Numbered from the stretch's first letter, positions 1 through 9,172 are shown. The stretch is DNA of 64,000 nucleotides from an uncultured Candidatus Saccharibacteria bacterium (GCA_964522195.1 CAZFSV010000002.1:36743-100742); one strand, 5' to 3'. A program made the numbers and translations. The notes: generated by a model not told the origin, from the sequence alone.

Positions 1-735
1 ATTGGAGTTTCAGAAGGTGAAGAATCTTTTGTAGGACTTTCTGAAGTCGTTGCTTTGGTTCACGCTCTACGTGAACGAGACAATTATCCTATATTTTTAA
101 ATGCGGATCACCATGCGAGTTTTGAGAGAGTAAAGGCTTGTATTGATGCCGGTTTTGATATGGTTATTATTGACGGAGCGCATTTACCTTATGAAGAGAA
201 CGTCGCTTTGACTAAAAAATGTGTAGAATATGCAAATTTAAAAAGTATTGAAACAGGTAAAGAAATTCTCGTAGAAGCAGAGCTCGGCTATATCGGTTCG
301 GGTTCTAATATTAAAGAATCTATCCCCGAAGGTGCAGGGATTTTAACTAGTCCCGAGGAAGCGAAAAGATTCGCGGATGATACTGGTATAGATTTACTCG
401 CTCCGTCTATCGGGTCTGTGCATGGACTAATTAAAAGTGGTAAGCCTCATATCGACGCAGAACGAACAAAAGAAATTAAAGAAATCACGAATTTACCTTT
501 AGTGCTTCACGGAGGTTCAGGTCTTCGCGACGAAGATTTCGTAAATGCTATTAAAGCAGGAGTAAATATCGTGCATATCAATAGCGAGATACGTTTAGGT
601 TGGAAAGAAGCAGTAGAAGAATTCATAAAAAATAATCCAAACGAAATCAATCCGTCAAAAATCCTAGAACCAGCTGTAAAAAAGATAGAAGAAATAGTAG
701 AAGCGAGATTAAAACTTTTTAATATGATTCAATAA
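1..735 (+). CDS. fba: Class II fructose-bisphosphate aldolase (5'-partial; frame open from base 1)
   Basis: Motifs ADHH, VEAELGYIG, GSVHG, VLHGGSG; upstream frame reads IGVSEGE without a stop. Confidence 0.9.
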   Translation: MGVSEGEESFVGLSEVVALVHALRERDNYPIFLNADHHASFERVKACIDAGFDMVIIDGAHLPYEENVALTKKCVEYANLKSIETGKEILVEAELGYIGSGSNIKESIPEGAGILTSPEEAKRFADDTGIDLLAPSIGSVHGLIKSGKPHIDAERTKEIKEITNLPLVLHGGSGLRDEDFVNAIKAGVNIVHINSEIRLGWKEAVEEFIKNNPNEINPSKILEPAVKKIEEIVEARLKLFNMIQ

Positions 736-741
736 AAAATT

Positions 742-2538
742 ATGCAAGAAGAAATAAAAAAGTTTTTTAAGGGAGATATTGAAAATAGTGATGAAGTCCT
801 GACTAAATATTCGCACGACTCTTCTGTTTTAGAAGTGCGTCCAGAGTTGGTTCTTTTCCCGAAAGATTCTTTAGATATTAAAAATTTAGTGAAATGGGTG
901 AATGAAAATAAAGATAAATACCCCAAGCTTGCTATAACTCCTCGCTCTGCCGGGACTTGTATGTCAGGAGGTTCTATAGGAGAATCTTTAATTTTAGATT
1001 TTACGCGGTATATGAATAAATTAGTAAAAGAACCTGAGAAGATAAAGAATTTTTCCAATACTGAAAATTCAGCTGATACTTTTTCTGATGTCCTCGGATC
1101 GTCTTCGACTCAACTAGACAATCAAAAAAAGTATGTATCTGAATTTTCAGGTTTAATTACAGTACAGCCTGGGATGTATTATAGAGATTTTGAAAAAATT
1201 ACTTTAGAAAAAGGTATGATATTACCTTGTTTTACTGCTTCTAAAAATTTAAATGCAGTTGGAGGTATGTATGGGAATAATTCAGCCGGAGAGAGAACTT
1301 TATCTTATGGAAAAACAGAAAATTATATTCACCAAGCAAAAGTTATTTTTACTGATGGGAATGAATATATCGTAAAACCTTTATCTAAAAATGAACTTCT
1401 AAATAAAATAGCTCAAAATGACTTCGAAGGGAATATTTATAAAAATGTTTACAATTTGATTTTAGAGAATAAAGAAGAAATCTTAAAAGCAAAACCTAAT
1501 GTAAGTAAAAATTCTGCAGGTTATTATCTTTGGAATGTTGTAGATTTTGATGGTGTTCGTGGTGAAGATAATTACTTTGATTTAAATCGTCTTTTGGTTG
1601 GATCTCAAGGAACTTTAGGAATAACTACTGAAATAACTTTTAAATTAGTTAAAGAAGCAAAATACAGAAAATTATTAGTAATTTTCTTGCGAGATATTTC
1701 TCTTTTACCAAATTTAGTAAATCAAACTCTAAAACATAAACCTGAAACTATAGAGTCTTATGATGATAAAACTTTTTTCTTGGTTTTGAAATATATTTGG
1801 GATTTTATTAAAATGCTTGGCTTTAGGAATTTATTTAAACTTATTTTTTCTTTCGGTCCGGAGACTTTGATGACTTTAAAAAATGGATTACCTAGATTAA
1901 TACTACTTGTAGAATTTGCAGGAGACGATGAAGAAAAAGTAAACGCACAAGCTTTTACAGCTTTAGAAGATTTAAAAAATATTAAGAAAATTGGTATTCA
2001 TTTAACTCGTGATGATTTTGAAGCAAAAAAATATTGGACTATTCGTCACGAAGCTTTTAATCTTATTCGTTATCATTTGAAAAAAGTTAAATCAAAACCT
2101 TTTATTGACGATGTAGTAGTCCGTCCTGAGAAATTACCAGAATTTTTCCCGAGACTTTATAGTATTTTAAATGCTTATAAAAAAGATATGACTTTTGCTA
2201 TTGGGGGACATGCAGGTGATGGTAATTTGCATATTTATACATTACTGAATCCAAAAGATCCAAAAATAAAATTAGTAATAGAAGAAGTTTCAGAAAAAGT
2301 TTATTCTTTAGTAAATGAACTTGGAGGTTCGAATACAGCAGAGCATAATGATGGATTAGTGCGTAGCGCCTTTTTACCTAAAATGTATAATGAGAAAATT
2401 ATTTCTTTGTTTAAAGAAAATAAAGAAATCTTTGATCCAAAGTATTTTTTAAATCCTGGTAAAAAAGTCCCATTAAAAGAAGGTGATTTAGGTAGTAGAA
2501 CTTTCTTAGATAATCACATAAGTATAGACAAAGCCTAA
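742..2538 (+). CDS. FAD-binding oxidoreductase (D-lactate dehydrogenase/GlcD-like)
   Basis: RSAGTCMSG, VGSQGTLG, GHAGDGNLH, AEHNDG and LNPGK motifs of the FAD_binding_4/FAD-oxidase_C families. Confidence 0.85.
   Translation: MQEEIKKFFKGDIENSDEVLTKYSHDSSVLEVRPELVLFPKDSLDIKNLVKWVNENKDKYPKLAITPRSAGTCMSGGSIGESLILDFTRYMNKLVKEPEKIKNFSNTENSADTFSDVLGSSSTQLDNQKKYVSEFSGLITVQPGMYYRDFEKITLEKGMILPCFTASKNLNAVGGMYGNNSAGERTLSYGKTENYIHQAKVIFTDGNEYIVKPLSKNELLNKIAQNDFEGNIYKNVYNLILENKEEILKAKPNVSKNSAGYYLWNVVDFDGVRGEDNYFDLNRLLVGSQGTLGITTEITFKLVKEAKYRKLLVIFLRDISLLPNLVNQTLKHKPETIESYDDKTFFLVLKYIWDFIKMLGFRNLFKLIFSFGPETLMTLKNGLPRLILLVEFAGDDEEKVNAQAFTALEDLKNIKKIGIHLTRDDFEAKKYWTIRHEAFNLIRYHLKKVKSKPFIDDVVVRPEKLPEFFPRLYSILNAYKKDMTFAIGGHAGDGNLHIYTLLNPKDPKIKLVIEEVSEKVYSLVNELGGSNTAEHNDGLVRSAFLPKMYNEKIISLFKENKEIFDPKYFLNPGKKVPLKEGDLGSRTFLDNHISIDKA
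1061..1150. repeat. 90-bp imperfect palindrome, in-frame inside the FAD-oxidoreductase gene
   Basis: ctgaaaattcag...ctgaattttcag outer arms; atactttttctgatgtc pairs imperfectly with gacaatcaaaaaaagtat; length equals 30 codons. Confidence 0.8.
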
Positions 2539-2576
2539 AATTTGCTTTTTTATAAGTTTTGTATATAATTAAAGCT

Positions 2577-3209
2577 ATGTTTGAAATAAAAGCCCAAAAA
2601 AGAGAATTAACAGAAAATTTAGATACTTTAAGAAAAGAAGGTTTGATGCCTGCTGTATTTTATGGAGCAGGAGAGTCAAATACTCCTATTTCTGTAAATG
2701 TTAATGAATTTAAAAAAGTCTGGAGAGACGCTGGAGAAAGTACTGCTATTAAAATTTCTTTAGCTGGTAAAACTTTAGATGCCTTGATTCAAGATGTTGG
2801 AGCAAATCCTGTTACAGGAGAGCCAATACATGCTGATTTTCTAATTATTGACGCTAAAAAAGAAGTTACTGTTTCTGTTCCTTTAGAATTTACTGGTGTT
2901 GCGCCAGCTTCAAAAGGTGGAATTGGTGTTTTGGTTAAAGTATTACATGAATTAGAAATTAGCGCATTGCCAAAAGATTTACCTCAAGAAATTACAGTTG
3001 ATTTATCTTCTTTAGTTGATTTAGATAGTGTTATCTTGGTAAAAGATATAAAAACTCCAAATGGTGTTACAATTAACACAAAAATGGAAGAAGTTGTGGC
3101 TTCTATTGCTCCAATGCAAGAAGAAAAAGAAGATACAGGTCCAGTAGACTTATCAAGTATTGAAGTAGAAAAGAAAGGTAAGAAAGAAGAAGAGTCTGTG
3201 GAAAATTAA
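2577..3209 (+). CDS. rplY: 50S ribosomal protein L25/Ctc
   Basis: MPAVFYG, HADF and PKDLP motifs plus acidic tail; ATG at 2577 after a TATAAT box. Confidence 0.93.
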   Translation: MFEIKAQKRELTENLDTLRKEGLMPAVFYGAGESNTPISVNVNEFKKVWRDAGESTAIKISLAGKTLDALIQDVGANPVTGEPIHADFLIIDAKKEVTVSVPLEFTGVAPASKGGIGVLVKVLHELEISALPKDLPQEITVDLSSLVDLDSVILVKDIKTPNGVTINTKMEEVVASIAPMQEEKEDTGPVDLSSIEVEKKGKKEEESVEN

Positions 3210-3236
3210 TTCTCTAAATATGATATAATAAGAACT

Positions 3237-4604
3237 ATGATTAGAAAAGTCATAGTTTTTATTTTTATATTTACATTTTTATATAGTTTTAATAGTAATA
3301 CAACTTATGCAATCGATTGTTTAAAAATTAATTCTTCTTCACCTCAATCCGAGAAAGATTTTTGCCGTGGAGAATTAGCTAAAATTGAAGCAGAATTAGC
3401 AGATCTACTTAAACAACAAGAAGCTCAAAAGAAAAATACTGGAACATTAACAGGGGATGTTAAGTATTTAAATAGTCAAATTAATGCTTTAAAAACAAAG
3501 GTAAAAGCTCGTTCTTTAGCTATTGCGCAGCTAAAAGCTTCTATTAATGAAAAAAGTTCAAAAATAGAAGATTTGTCTTCGAAAATTGAAACTCAGCATG
3601 AGTCTTTAGCTCAATTACTTAGAAATACCAATAATTTTGATGATAATAATTTAATTTATTTATTATTATCAAATCAAAATATTTCTGATTTTTATGCTGA
3701 TTTAGAGTCTTATTCTTCAATGAAAGAATCAATTAAGAAAACAGTAGATGAAATTAAGGGTGTTAAAACAGTAGTAGAAGAAGAAAAGAAAACTTTAGAA
3801 GAAAAAAGAGACGCTGAAAATGACGCTAAAGTAGAACTAGAGACTGCTCAAAAGAAGACCGCTGCCGCAGAAGCAGAAAAGAAAAAATTACTTTCTATTT
3901 CTAAACAAAAAGAAAGTGAATATCAAAAATTAGCTGCGGAGAAAAAAGCTCAAGCAGATAAAATTAGATCTGCTTTGTTCTCTCTTGCAGGTACAACACA
4001 AAGAATTGATTTCGGTACAGCTCTGTCTTATGCAAATGAAGCAAAAAGATTATTTAACATAGAACCAGCTTTTCTTTTAGCTATTTTTAGACAAGAAAGT
4101 AATTTAGGATCTAATGTTGGGCAATGTTTTATGACTGATCCTGCGACAGGTAATGGAGTTGGAGCTAATACAGGTGCGGCTCAAATTAGAGTAATGCATC
4201 CTACTCGTGATGTTCCTGTATTTATGAGTTTAACTGAAAGATTAGGTATAGATTCTTCTAAAACTAGAGTTTCTTGTTGGATTAAAGATTATAGAAATGG
4301 AGTACCTTTTGGTTGGGGTGGAGCTATGGGGCCTGCTCAGTTTATACCTTCTACCTGGAAAGGTTTTGAAACAAGACTTAAAAAGCTTTTAGGGTATGAA
4401 GCAAGTCCTTGGGTTGCAAAAGATGCTTTTATGGCTTCAGCTATGTATTTAACTGATTTAGGTGCCGTAGGAGAAAGTGATAGCGCTCAACAAAGAGCTG
4501 CTTGTAAGTATTATGGTAGTGGAGGGTCTAGTTGTGCTTATAGTCGAAGTGTTATGAACTTTAAAAACCAATATCAAAAAGATATTGAGTTGCTTTCTAA
4601 CTAA
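3237..4604 (+). CDS. Secreted coiled-coil protein with C-terminal lytic murein transglycosylase domain
   Basis: Signal peptide, long coiled coil, QESNLG catalytic Glu and GAMGPAQFIPSTW motif. Confidence 0.85.
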   Translation: MIRKVIVFIFIFTFLYSFNSNTTYAIDCLKINSSSPQSEKDFCRGELAKIEAELADLLKQQEAQKKNTGTLTGDVKYLNSQINALKTKVKARSLAIAQLKASINEKSSKIEDLSSKIETQHESLAQLLRNTNNFDDNNLIYLLLSNQNISDFYADLESYSSMKESIKKTVDEIKGVKTVVEEEKKTLEEKRDAENDAKVELETAQKKTAAAEAEKKKLLSISKQKESEYQKLAAEKKAQADKIRSALFSLAGTTQRIDFGTALSYANEAKRLFNIEPAFLLAIFRQESNLGSNVGQCFMTDPATGNGVGANTGAAQIRVMHPTRDVPVFMSLTERLGIDSSKTRVSCWIKDYRNGVPFGWGGAMGPAQFIPSTWKGFETRLKKLLGYEASPWVAKDAFMASAMYLTDLGAVGESDSAQQRAACKYYGSGGSSCAYSRSVMNFKNQYQKDIELLSN

Positions 4605-4627
4605 AAGCGTGCTAATATTAACAAGTT

Positions 4628-4837
4628 ATGAAAAAAAACATACATCCAAAATACAACAAAGAAATAGACGCAAAATGTGCTTGTGGGGTAACTTTCAAGG
4701 TTGGTTCAACAATGAATTCAATTAATAATGAAATTTGTAGTGCTTGTCATCCTTTTTATACAGGTAACGAGAAATTACTTGATACAGCAGGTCGTGTAGA
4801 TAAATTCAACAAACGTCGCGCAGCAGCTAAAAAATAA
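4628..4837 (+). CDS. rpmE: 50S ribosomal protein L31 (Zn-binding type)
   Basis: MKKNIHPKY...CACG...[10 protein letters not shown]...GRVDKF. Confidence 0.97.
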   Translation: MKKNIHPKYNKEIDAKCACGVTFKVGSTMNSINNEICSACHPFYTGNEKLLDTAGRVDKFNKRRAAAKK

Positions 4838-4841
4838 CGAC

Positions 4842-4926
4842 AAACAGGTTATTCTTTTAAGAAGGATTTTTTGAATATTCAAATTTCCTAAATGACTAAG
4901 TCATTTTTTAAAAGAATAACCTGTTT
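4842..4926. repeat. Branched inverted repeat (19-bp closing stem, two internal hairpins); terminator-like or MITE-like
   Basis: aaacaggttattcttttaa / ttaaaagaataacctgttt; internal ttgaa-ta-ttcaa and aaatgac-taa-gtcattt. Confidence 0.75.
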
Positions 4927-4943
4927 TTATTTATATAAATTTT

Positions 4944-5915
4944 ATGGATTATAATTTAGAAGAATTAAAAAAAAATCACAATACTAATTATTTAGCAGAT
5001 GTTTTAGTACGTTTAGAAATTGCAGAAAAAGAAGTTAGAGAAATGCTTGAAAGTGATGATTCTTTACATGAACTAGCTGGAGAAGAGTTAAAAAAAATAC
5101 AAGAAGAAAGAGAATTAATTTTGAAACAAGTGGAAGATATTTTAGCTAAAGAGCTTGAAGAAGATGAATTTCCTAATGAAATAGTTTTAGAAGTTCGGGC
5201 TGGTGCTGGTGGAGACGAAGCAGCTTTGTTTGCTTGGGAGCTTGCTAATGCTTATGAGAAATACGCTGAAATAAAAGGTTGGTCTTGGAAAGTGAATTAT
5301 GAATCTAAAAATGATATTGGAGGATACAAAGAAGCTAGTTTTGAAATCAAAGGGAATGATGTTTATAAATTAATGCGTTATGAAACTGGCGTTCATAGAG
5401 TGCAAAGAGTTCCTGCTACTGAGAAAAATGGACGAGTACATACTTCTACTTGTTCTGTGGCAGTTTTGCCTATCAAAAAGAAAGTTACTTTTGAAATTAA
5501 TCCAGCTGAGTTTGAAATGGAATATTCTCGTTCTGGAGGAAAAGGAGGTCAGAATGTAAACAAAGTTGAAACAGCTGTTAGAATTATTCACATTCCAACA
5601 GGACTTGATGTTCGTTCAACCAATGAACGTTCTCAGGTTGCAAACCGCGAGAAAGCTATGATGATTTTAACTGCTAAATTACAAGCTTTAAAAGAAGAAG
5701 AAGAGGCAAAAAAATACGCAGGAGAGAGAAAGAATCAAATAGGTACAGGGGATAGAAGTGAGAAAATCCGAACTTATAATTTTCCTCAAGACAGAATCAC
5801 AGACCATCGTATTAAAAAAAGTTGGCATAATTTACCTAAGATAATGCTCGGAGAATTAGACCCTATTTTTGAAGCATTATTATCAGGCGAAACGGGTGAC
5901 GAGGACGAAGAATAA
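4944..5915 (+). CDS. prfA: Peptide chain release factor 1 (short N-terminus)
   Basis: EVRAGAGGDEA, RVPAT (PxT), GGQNVNK and DRSEKIRTYN motifs. Confidence 0.95.
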   Translation: MDYNLEELKKNHNTNYLADVLVRLEIAEKEVREMLESDDSLHELAGEELKKIQEERELILKQVEDILAKELEEDEFPNEIVLEVRAGAGGDEAALFAWELANAYEKYAEIKGWSWKVNYESKNDIGGYKEASFEIKGNDVYKLMRYETGVHRVQRVPATEKNGRVHTSTCSVAVLPIKKKVTFEINPAEFEMEYSRSGGKGGQNVNKVETAVRIIHIPTGLDVRSTNERSQVANREKAMMILTAKLQALKEEEEAKKYAGERKNQIGTGDRSEKIRTYNFPQDRITDHRIKKSWHNLPKIMLGELDPIFEALLSGETGDEDEE

Positions 5916-5917
5916 AT

Positions 5918-5940
5918 ACTTGGCGGTTAGATCGCCAAGT
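5918..5940. repeat. Short GC-rich palindrome (REP-like)
   Basis: acttggcg-gttagat-cgccaagt with no U-tract. Confidence 0.65.
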
Positions 5941-5967
5941 GATAAATTAATCAAAATATTTAACGGG

Positions 5968-7725
5968 ATGAATATAAAAAGAATTTTTTATTATTATTGG
6001 GAATCAGCCAAGCAATATAAATGGCATTTTTTTGCTTTGCTATTTATTTATTCAATAGCAATTATTTCATCCAATGTTATAGGACCTCTAATTTTTAAAG
6101 ATATTATTGATATTATTTCTTTAAATGACCATCTATCTGTAATTAAAGAAGATATTTTTAAATTATTTTTTTTCTTTGTTTTAAATGTTTTAGTTTATAA
6201 TATATTTTATAGAACAGGAGATTTTTTGATTACTCATATTGAAGCTATTGGTATGAGAGATATTGCTAATATGACATTCAAGAAACTTTCTAATCATTCA
6301 TATAATTTTTATACCAATACCTTTGCGGGTTCTTTAGTTGCAAAATCTAGAAGATTCGTATCTTCCTTTGAAGGAATAATCGATCGTATTGCATTGGACT
6401 TCCTTTTTATTTTTATAAAAATTATTAGTATTTTTGTTGTTTTATTTATCCAAATGCCTATTGTGGGTATAGCTTTTTTTGTTTGGCTTGTTGTATATTG
6501 TATTATTTTGTACTTCTTTATAAGAATAAAGATCAGACTTGATATAGTGAATTCAGAAGCTGATTCTAATGTAACTGCGGTTTTAGCAGATACTATAAGT
6601 AATGTTTTAAATATCAAAATTTTTTCTTCTGGTAAAAGAGAAAGAAATTACTTAAAAGAAATTATTCAAAAGCAATATAAAGCTAGAAGTAAAAGTTGGA
6701 ATTTCAGTAATTATCAGCTTTTAATTCAAGGTCTTATGATTGGTTTTTTGCAAGTTATGATTATTTATTTATCAATAAATTTGTGGTTAAAAGGAGAAAT
6801 TACAGCTGGTACAGTAGTATTAGTTCAAACATACACAATTTTACTTTTTGATTCTCTTTGGAATTTAAGTCGTTCGGTTGGTAAATTTATAACAAATCTT
6901 TCTGATGCAAAAGAAATGGTAGATATTTTTGATAAACCGATAGACATCTTAGATCCCGAAAATCCAGAGCAATTGAAAGTGAATTTTGGGGAAATAGAAT
7001 TTAAAAATGTTTACTTTGAGTATGTTGATGATAATGAAGTTTTTAATAATTTAAATTTAAAAATTAAAGCAGGAGAAAAAGTTGGACTTGTTGGTCATTC
7101 TGGTTCAGGTAAATCAACTATTACAAAAATGCTTTTACGTTTTGTGGATATTAAGCAAGGTGAAATATTAATAGATGGGCAAAACATTAAAAATATTACT
7201 CAAGACGATTTGCGTAGTGTTATTTCTTATGTACCTCAAGAACCTATTTTATTTCATAGAAGTATAGCTGAAAATATAGGTTATTCTAAAGAAAATGCGA
7301 CACACGAAGAAATAGTAGAATCCTCAAAGAAAGCTCATGCAGATGAATTTATTTCTAAATTACAAAACGGATATAATACCTTAGTAGGCGAGAGGGGAAT
7401 TAAACTTTCAGGTGGAGAGCGTCAAAGAGTGGCTATTGCTCGTGCTATGCTAAAAAATTCACCTATTTTAGTTTTAGACGAGGCTACTTCAGCCTTAGAT
7501 AGTATTTCTGAGTCTTATATAAAAGAAGCTTTAAATATATTAATGAAAGATAAAACAGCTATAGTCATAGCTCATAGACTTTCTACTATTGCCAAAATGG
7601 ATAGGATCATAGTATTAGATAATGGAATTATTTTGGAAGAGGGAACTCATCTGGAACTTTTAGACAAAGATGGTATGTATACCAAGCTTTGGAATCATCA
7701 AACTGGTTTCTTAAATGAAGAATAA
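5968..7725 (+). CDS. ABC exporter, fused permease/ATPase (MsbA-like)
   Basis: N-terminal TM domain, GHSGSGKS, LSGGERQR, LDEATS; ATG at 5968 chosen as start. Confidence 0.92.
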   Translation: MNIKRIFYYYWESAKQYKWHFFALLFIYSIAIISSNVIGPLIFKDIIDIISLNDHLSVIKEDIFKLFFFFVLNVLVYNIFYRTGDFLITHIEAIGMRDIANMTFKKLSNHSYNFYTNTFAGSLVAKSRRFVSSFEGIIDRIALDFLFIFIKIISIFVVLFIQMPIVGIAFFVWLVVYCIILYFFIRIKIRLDIVNSEADSNVTAVLADTISNVLNIKIFSSGKRERNYLKEIIQKQYKARSKSWNFSNYQLLIQGLMIGFLQVMIIYLSINLWLKGEITAGTVVLVQTYTILLFDSLWNLSRSVGKFITNLSDAKEMVDIFDKPIDILDPENPEQLKVNFGEIEFKNVYFEYVDDNEVFNNLNLKIKAGEKVGLVGHSGSGKSTITKMLLRFVDIKQGEILIDGQNIKNITQDDLRSVISYVPQEPILFHRSIAENIGYSKENATHEEIVESSKKAHADEFISKLQNGYNTLVGERGIKLSGGERQRVAIARAMLKNSPILVLDEATSALDSISESYIKEALNILMKDKTAIVIAHRLSTIAKMDRIIVLDNGIILEEGTHLELLDKDGMYTKLWNHQTGFLNEE

Positions 7726-7757
7726 AGTTTTGCTTAAGTTAGTATTTCGTAAAAATC

Positions 7758-7791
7758 CATAGGAGCAAAAGCTCAAGCTTTTGCTCCTATG
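7758..7791. repeat. 15-bp perfect-stem hairpin (terminator or REP-like)
   Basis: cataggagcaaaagc-tcaa-gcttttgctcctatg. Confidence 0.7.
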
Positions 7792-7866
7792 ATTGACTTT
7801 AAAATTTAATTATGTTTAAATAAATACGAAAGTTTATATTATCGTACCTCAAAAAAAAATAAGAAA

Positions 7867-8271
7867 ATGGATAGTAATTTTATTTTTCGTTTTTTGTTTA
7901 TTGTAATATGTTTGGGTTTTATTGGTTATTTTACAAAAAAACAAAATGAAGTAGAAACAATGGAACAGAAGAGTTTTGATTCTGAATTAAGTATGTTGAA
8001 AGATTCAATATATTATTTAAATCAAAAATTAGATGCTTTAAATTTTTCTTGTAAAAAAGATACCATTATAGCTACCCCGAAAGGTGGAAGTCTTTGTGGA
8101 ACTTTTAAGATGGATGAAACAGAAGCTTTAGCTTTTGCTAAAAAATTTAATTACCCGGTTAGATATAATCATTTAGGTAAGCCTAATGTTATTATTCAGG
8201 AAGCAGAAGAATTTTCTGTAGGATTGCAACCAAAAGTTATAAAACATTTAAAACCAAAAAATAAAAAATAA
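7867..8271 (+). CDS. Hypothetical membrane-anchored protein
   Basis: ORF with N-terminal TM helix and short coiled coil; TTGACT upstream at 7793. Confidence 0.7.
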   Translation: MDSNFIFRFLFIVICLGFIGYFTKKQNEVETMEQKSFDSELSMLKDSIYYLNQKLDALNFSCKKDTIIATPKGGSLCGTFKMDETEALAFAKKFNYPVRYNHLGKPNVIIQEAEEFSVGLQPKVIKHLKPKNKK

Positions 8272-8276
8272 ATAAC

Positions 8277-8369
8277 ATGGAAACAAACTTGGTTAATAAA
8301 GAAAAAATGCTTGATTTCTTAGTAGAAATTATATTTTATACAATATGCTTACTTTCTTTGTTTATATAA
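8277..8369 (+). CDS. Putative 30-aa hydrophobic peptide
   Basis: METNLVNKEKMLDFLVEIIFYTICLLSLFI*, 5 nt after the previous stop and before a terminator. Confidence 0.35.
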   Translation: METNLVNKEKMLDFLVEIIFYTICLLSLFI

Positions 8370-8385
8370 TTTTATTTTAAGCCCT

Positions 8386-8425
8386 AAAGGACTTGCTTGC
8401 ATAAAGATGCGAACAAGTCCTTTTT
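8386..8425 (+). terminator. Intrinsic terminator
   Basis: aaaggacttg...caagtcc followed by a T-run. Confidence 0.7.
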
Positions 8426-8601
8426 ATTTGCTTTATTTTTTAAATATGGCATACTTTAGATAAGTAGTTTATTCATCTGCCTTTTTGTGTGGATTGTGAG
8501 TTAAGGTTTTTTTGCAAAATAAACCAAGTAAGTGTGTTTGAGTTTCTACGAATTATAATTAGTTTTTGCCTAATTTTTTAAAAAAATAGGAGAAAAGTTA
8601 A

Positions 8602-8910
8602 ATGGCTACAAAGCTATATGTAGGGGGACTTCCTTACTCAACAAATGAAGATGCTTTAAAAATGCATTTTTCACAAGCAGGTAACGTATCATCTGCTACT
8701 ATTATTATGGATAAGATGACAGGCCGTTCAAAAGGTTTTGGATTCGTAGAAATGTCAACAGACGAAGAAGCACAAAGTGCTATCTCTATGTTTAATGACA
8801 AAGAGTTTGATGGAAGAAGACTTACAGTAAATGAAGCTCGTCCAATGGAAGCTCGTCCTCCAAGAACTGGTGGTTTCAATAATCGCCAAGGTGGAAGAAG
8901 AGAATACTAA
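8602..8910 (+). CDS. RRM-domain RNA-binding protein
   Basis: KLYVGGL (RNP2), KGFGFVEM (RNP1) and Gly/Arg tail. Confidence 0.95.
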   Translation: MATKLYVGGLPYSTNEDALKMHFSQAGNVSSATIIMDKMTGRSKGFGFVEMSTDEEAQSAISMFNDKEFDGRRLTVNEARPMEARPPRTGGFNNRQGGRREY

Positions 8911-8919
8911 TATTCTAAA

Positions 8920-8953
8920 AATTAAAAACCTCAAGTAATTGAGGTTTTTAATT
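8920..8953 (+). terminator. Intrinsic terminator
   Basis: aattaaaaacctcaa-gtaa-ttgaggtttttaatt. Confidence 0.8.
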
Positions 8954-9018
8954 TGCCTAATTTAATTATTTTTGATATATTTTGAAGTACAGGTTTTACC
9001 TGTTTTGTTTTTTTAAAG

Positions 9019-9053
9019 TTTGAGCGTGTAGTTCAGTCCCGCCAGAGGACGGG
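9019..9053 (+). pseudogene. Duplicated 5' fragment of tRNA-Ile followed by a GC hairpin
   Basis: tttgagcgtgtagttcagt (9019-9037) is identical to 9098-9116 and is followed by cccgccagaggacggg. Confidence 0.75.
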
Positions 9054-9100
9054 TAAAGTCCGAAGTCTGTCTGAATCGATCGCTATAAATTTTTTGTTTT

Positions 9101-9172
9101 GAGCGTGTAGTTCAGTGGTAGAACGCTGTCCTGATAAGACAGAGGTCGATGGTCCGATTCCATCCACGCTCA
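9101..9172 (+). tRNA. tRNA-Ile (GAT), CCA not encoded
   Basis: Acceptor GAGCGTG/CACGCTC, D arm GTTC/GAAC, anticodon arm CTGTC-CTGATAA-GACAG, T arm GATGG-TCCGATT-CCATC. Confidence 0.95.

Noticed and set aside
4944-5915. Programmed frameshift or alternative genetic code
   Set aside because: This is RF1 (PxT motif) in one continuous frame, and conserved genes translate to full length in code 11.
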